A DNA stretch of 64,000 bases from Mycobacteriales bacterium. GTDB lineage: Bacteria > Actinomycetota > Actinomycetes > BP-191. This document shows positions 61,629 through 64,000 of this stretch, piece by piece. The stretch's first letter is position 1. Every line of letters begins with the position of its first letter. Location of the stretch: assembly GCA_035536235.1 (NCBI GenBank), contig DATLOQ010000004.1:26922-90921 (forward strand), read 5' to 3'. The notes under the pieces were generated by a model. The model had not been told where the DNA came from, searched no databases, and saw nothing but the letters and a program-made list of their open reading frames with translations. The translations under genes were made by a program, and so were the position numbers.

Positions 61629-64000
61629 ATGCGCGCGGCCGTGTTGCTGATGACAGATGTGGTGGGTTCGACGCGGTTGTGGGCGGCTGAGCACGAGGCG
61701 ATGAACGAGGCGATGGCCCGGCATCACGAGATCGTTCATTCGCTGGTCGCCGCGCATGGCGGGTCTCGGCCGGTGGATCAGGGCGAGGGTGATGCGGTGT
61801 TCGCCGCGTTCACCTCGGCGACTGCGGGTCTTGCGTGCGCGGCCGACGTGCAGCGGGCCCTGCTGGGGCAACGGTGGTCTACGTCAGTGCCGCTGAGCGT
61901 GCGGATCGCCCTGCATGTGGGGGAGGTGGAGGAACGAAGCGGGAATCTGTTCGGCGATCCGGTGAACCGGTGTGCACGGCTTCGAGGGTTGGCGGCCGGT
62001 GGTCAGACGTTGGTGTCGTCGGCGTTGTACGAGCTCGTGCGGGACCGGCTGCCCAAGGGGGTCGAGCTGGTGGATCTCGGTGAGCACCGACTGAAGGACC
62101 TGGCGCGGCCGGAGCGGGTGTGGCAGCTGTCCGGGGTGGGGTTGGACGGGCCGTTTCCGCCGCTGGCGGCCTTGGACGGGGTGCGGCACAACCTGCCAGT
62201 GCAGACCTCGACATTCATCGGACGTGAGCAGGATTTCGCTGACCTGGTCGCGCTGGTTCGTTCAAGCCGCCTTGTCACGCTGACCGGGTTCGGGGGGATG
62301 GGCAAGACGCGGCTGGCGCTGCAGGCAGCGGCGGCGCTGGCGGACGGATCGTTGGGTGATGTGTGGTTCGTGGACCTCGCTGCGGTCGAGGACCCGGCGC
62401 TGGTGCCAGCCCGGGTGGCGGAGGTGCTGGGCCTGCGTGGGGGTGCGGGCCAGCCGGCGGATGCGCTCGTTGCGGCGTTGCAAGATTCGCCGGCCGTCCT
62501 GCTGCTGGACAACCTAGAGCAGGTGCTGGGCTGTGCCGCGTTCGTTGCTGACCTGCTGGCCCGGGCGCCGGCGGTGCGCGTACTGGCGACGAGTCGGGAG
62601 CCGCTGCATGTGCGCGGGGAGCGGCAGGTGCCGGTCCCGCCGCTGAGGTTGTCGGCCGGGGACGTGTCGAGCGAGAGCCTCTCGACGGAGGCTGTCCGCC
62701 TTTTCGTGGACCGGGCGGTGTCGGTGCGCCCTGACTTCGTCCTCGACGATGTGACCGCGCCAGCGGTAGTGGCGGTGTGCGCTCGCCTCGACGGCCTACC
62801 GCTCGCCCTCGAGCTGGCCGCAGCGCGGCTCAACGTGCTCACCGTGGACAAGCTGCTGGTCCGGTTGGACTCGGCGCTGTCGGTGCTCACCGGTGGAGCG
62901 CGGGACATGCCCGAGCGGCATCGGACCTTGCGGGCGACGATCGCCTGGTCCTACGACGCCTTGTCCCGCGACGAGCAGCTGCTGCTCAGCCGATTGTCGG
63001 TTTTCGACGGCTCGGCCGCCATGGAGATGCTGGAGGACGTGTGCGGCGACGGTCTCGATGTGCTCGACGTGGTCGGCAGTCTGGTCGATAAGAGCTTGGT
63101 TCGTCGCGCCGATGTGGACGGTGAGCCCCGGTTCAGCCTGCTGGTCAGCATCCGTCAGTTCGCGGCCGAGCAGCTCGACCCGACGGCGACCCGCGGGCTG
63201 CGCGACCGCTACGCCGACCACGTCGCGAGAACGCTGAACTCCTTCAAGATCGCCGCCTCCTCCGCGTACCCCCATCGGCACGCCTGGGTCAGCCGCGAGC
63301 TCGTCCACATCCGCTTCGCCCTGTCCCACGTGCGGGTAGTCGGCTCCGTCGTGGACTTCGCGGACCTGGTCGTCGCGCTGGACGACACCTTCTTTCACCG
63401 GGGCCTGGTCGCGGAGGCCCTGGCGCTGGCCGAGGAGGCGCTGGGTAGGGTCGATGAGTCGAAGGCGCCGCTGGCGCCTGAGCGCCTGACCACACTGCTC
63501 GTCGCGGCCGCCGTACCGCGCAGCTTCCTCGGCCTGCCGCAGTCCGACGCGCCCCGACGGGCGATCGAAGCCGCGCGGAAGTGCTCTGATCGGGGCGTCG
63601 CAGCCGAGACGCTGGCCAATGTGATGTCGTACGCCGCGCGGTCGGCAGAGGAGGCGCGGGCGCTCATCGCCGAGCTCGACCGCGCTCTCGACACCCTCGA
63701 CGACACCTCGATGATCTTCAATGACCGGGATAACACAGTAGCCCTTGTCCTGCGCTACGTGGACCCGCCGACGGCACTCGACGCCGCGCTGCGGATGGCC
63801 AGCCCCATTTTCGGGCCGGTCAAGGCCAGCGCGGTGCTGCTCGACCGGGGCGAGTGGCGGCGTGCTCTTGAGGTGCTGGAGCGTGCGGATCAGACGGCCC
63901 TTACCGGGCAGCCCAACCCGACCTGGGCGTCGCGCATCGCGGCGAGCCGTGCTCGGGCACTGGCCCACGCGGGCAGGCTCGTCGAGGCCCGGGCAGCCGC
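61629..64000 (+). CDS. Class III adenylate/guanylate cyclase domain + NB-ARC/AAA P-loop + TPR-like repeats (STAND), 3' end outside window
   Basis: ATG 61629 follows GGGGAG. I read the frame through without a stop to 64000. Cyclase motifs LLMTDVVGSTRLW, GDAVFAAF and FGDPVNRCARL. Walker A GFGGMGKTRLAL, Walker B LLLLDNLEQV. LPLALELAAARL is typical of NB-ARC regulators. The gene is not in the ORF track because the ORF has no stop within the window. Confidence 0.8.
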   Translation, partial: MRAAVLLMTDVVGSTRLWAAEHEAMNEAMARHHEIVHSLVAAHGGSRPVDQGEGDAVFAAFTSATAGLACAADVQRALLGQRWSTSVPLSVRIALHVGEVEERSGNLFGDPVNRCARLRGLAAGGQTLVSSALYELVRDRLPKGVELVDLGEHRLKDLARPERVWQLSGVGLDGPFPPLAALDGVRHNLPVQTSTFIGREQDFADLVALVRSSRLVTLTGFGGMGKTRLALQAAAALADGSLGDVWFVDLAAVEDPALVPARVAEVLGLRGGAGQPADALVAALQDSPAVLLLDNLEQVLGCAAFVADLLARAPAVRVLATSREPLHVRGERQVPVPPLRLSAGDVSSESLSTEAVRLFVDRAVSVRPDFVLDDVTAPAVVAVCARLDGLPLALELAAARLNVLTVDKLLVRLDSALSVLTGGARDMPERHRTLRATIAWSYDALSRDEQLLLSRLSVFDGSAAMEMLEDVCGDGLDVLDVVGSLVDKSLVRRADVDGEPRFSLLVSIRQFAAEQLDPTATRGLRDRYADHVARTLNSFKIAASSAYPHRHAWVSRELVHIRFALSHVRVVGSVVDFADLVVALDDTFFHRGLVAEALALAEEALGRVDESKAPLAPERLTTLLVAAAVPRSFLGLPQSDAPRRAIEAARKCSDRGVAAETLANVMSYAARSAEEARALIAELDRALDTLDDTSMIFNDRDNTVALVLRYVDPPTALDAALRMASPIFGPVKASAVLLDRGEWRRALEVLERADQTALTGQPNPTWASRIAASRARALAHAGRLVEARAA

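Overview
This is a very GC-rich actinobacterial chromosome segment, with Nocardioides/Mycobacterium-like codon usage and many GTG starts. All calls come from motif and architecture recognition only. No database search was possible.

The backbone follows the gene order I recall for M. tuberculosis Rv3206c-Rv3193c: moeZ, an alkyltransferase-like (ATL) gene, adnA-adnB, mycoredoxin, uvrD2, whiB7, an ABC1/UbiB kinase, a ThiF-like gene, a DUF2342 metalloprotease, a PDZ-Lon protease, a UPF0182 membrane protein, and the initiator tRNA-fMet.

Two accessory blocks interrupt this backbone.
- Block 13.3-23.4 kb: a PD40 propeller protein, two ECF sigma/anti-sigma pairs, an EEP nuclease/phosphatase, a lipoprotein, an APH-like kinase, an M20 dipeptidase and a GAF-ANTAR regulator.
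- Block 27.0-37.1 kb: an NPP phosphodiesterase, two SAM methyltransferases, an NTF2-like protein, a second APH-like kinase, a 1042-aa SARP-NB-ARC-TPR regulator, a decayed rolling-circle Rep gene, a GNAT acetyltransferase and a secreted protein.

The most interesting points are these.
- A complete whiB7-type uORF/terminator/antiterminator attenuator.
- An array of TGCAG direct repeats at 11-bp phasing in a divergent promoter, next to the SARP-STAND regulator, apparently driving a leaderless NTF2-kinase-methyltransferase operon.
- An ECF sigma factor fused to a transmembrane/extracytoplasmic domain, with its stop codon overlapping the start of a 58-aa secreted two-Cys peptide.
- Three identical DnaA-box-like 9-mers in an unusually long intergenic region.
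- A two-tyrosine HUH Rep pseudogene.
- An adenylate-cyclase-NB-ARC-TPR STAND gene that runs off the window end and is absent from the supplied ORF track.

Several real genes fall below the track's size cutoff: csbD, a DUF5679 gene, and a 57-aa ORF. Many long ORFs in the track are antisense shadow ORFs typical of high-GC DNA. No CRISPR array, rRNA, intact transposase or integrase was seen.
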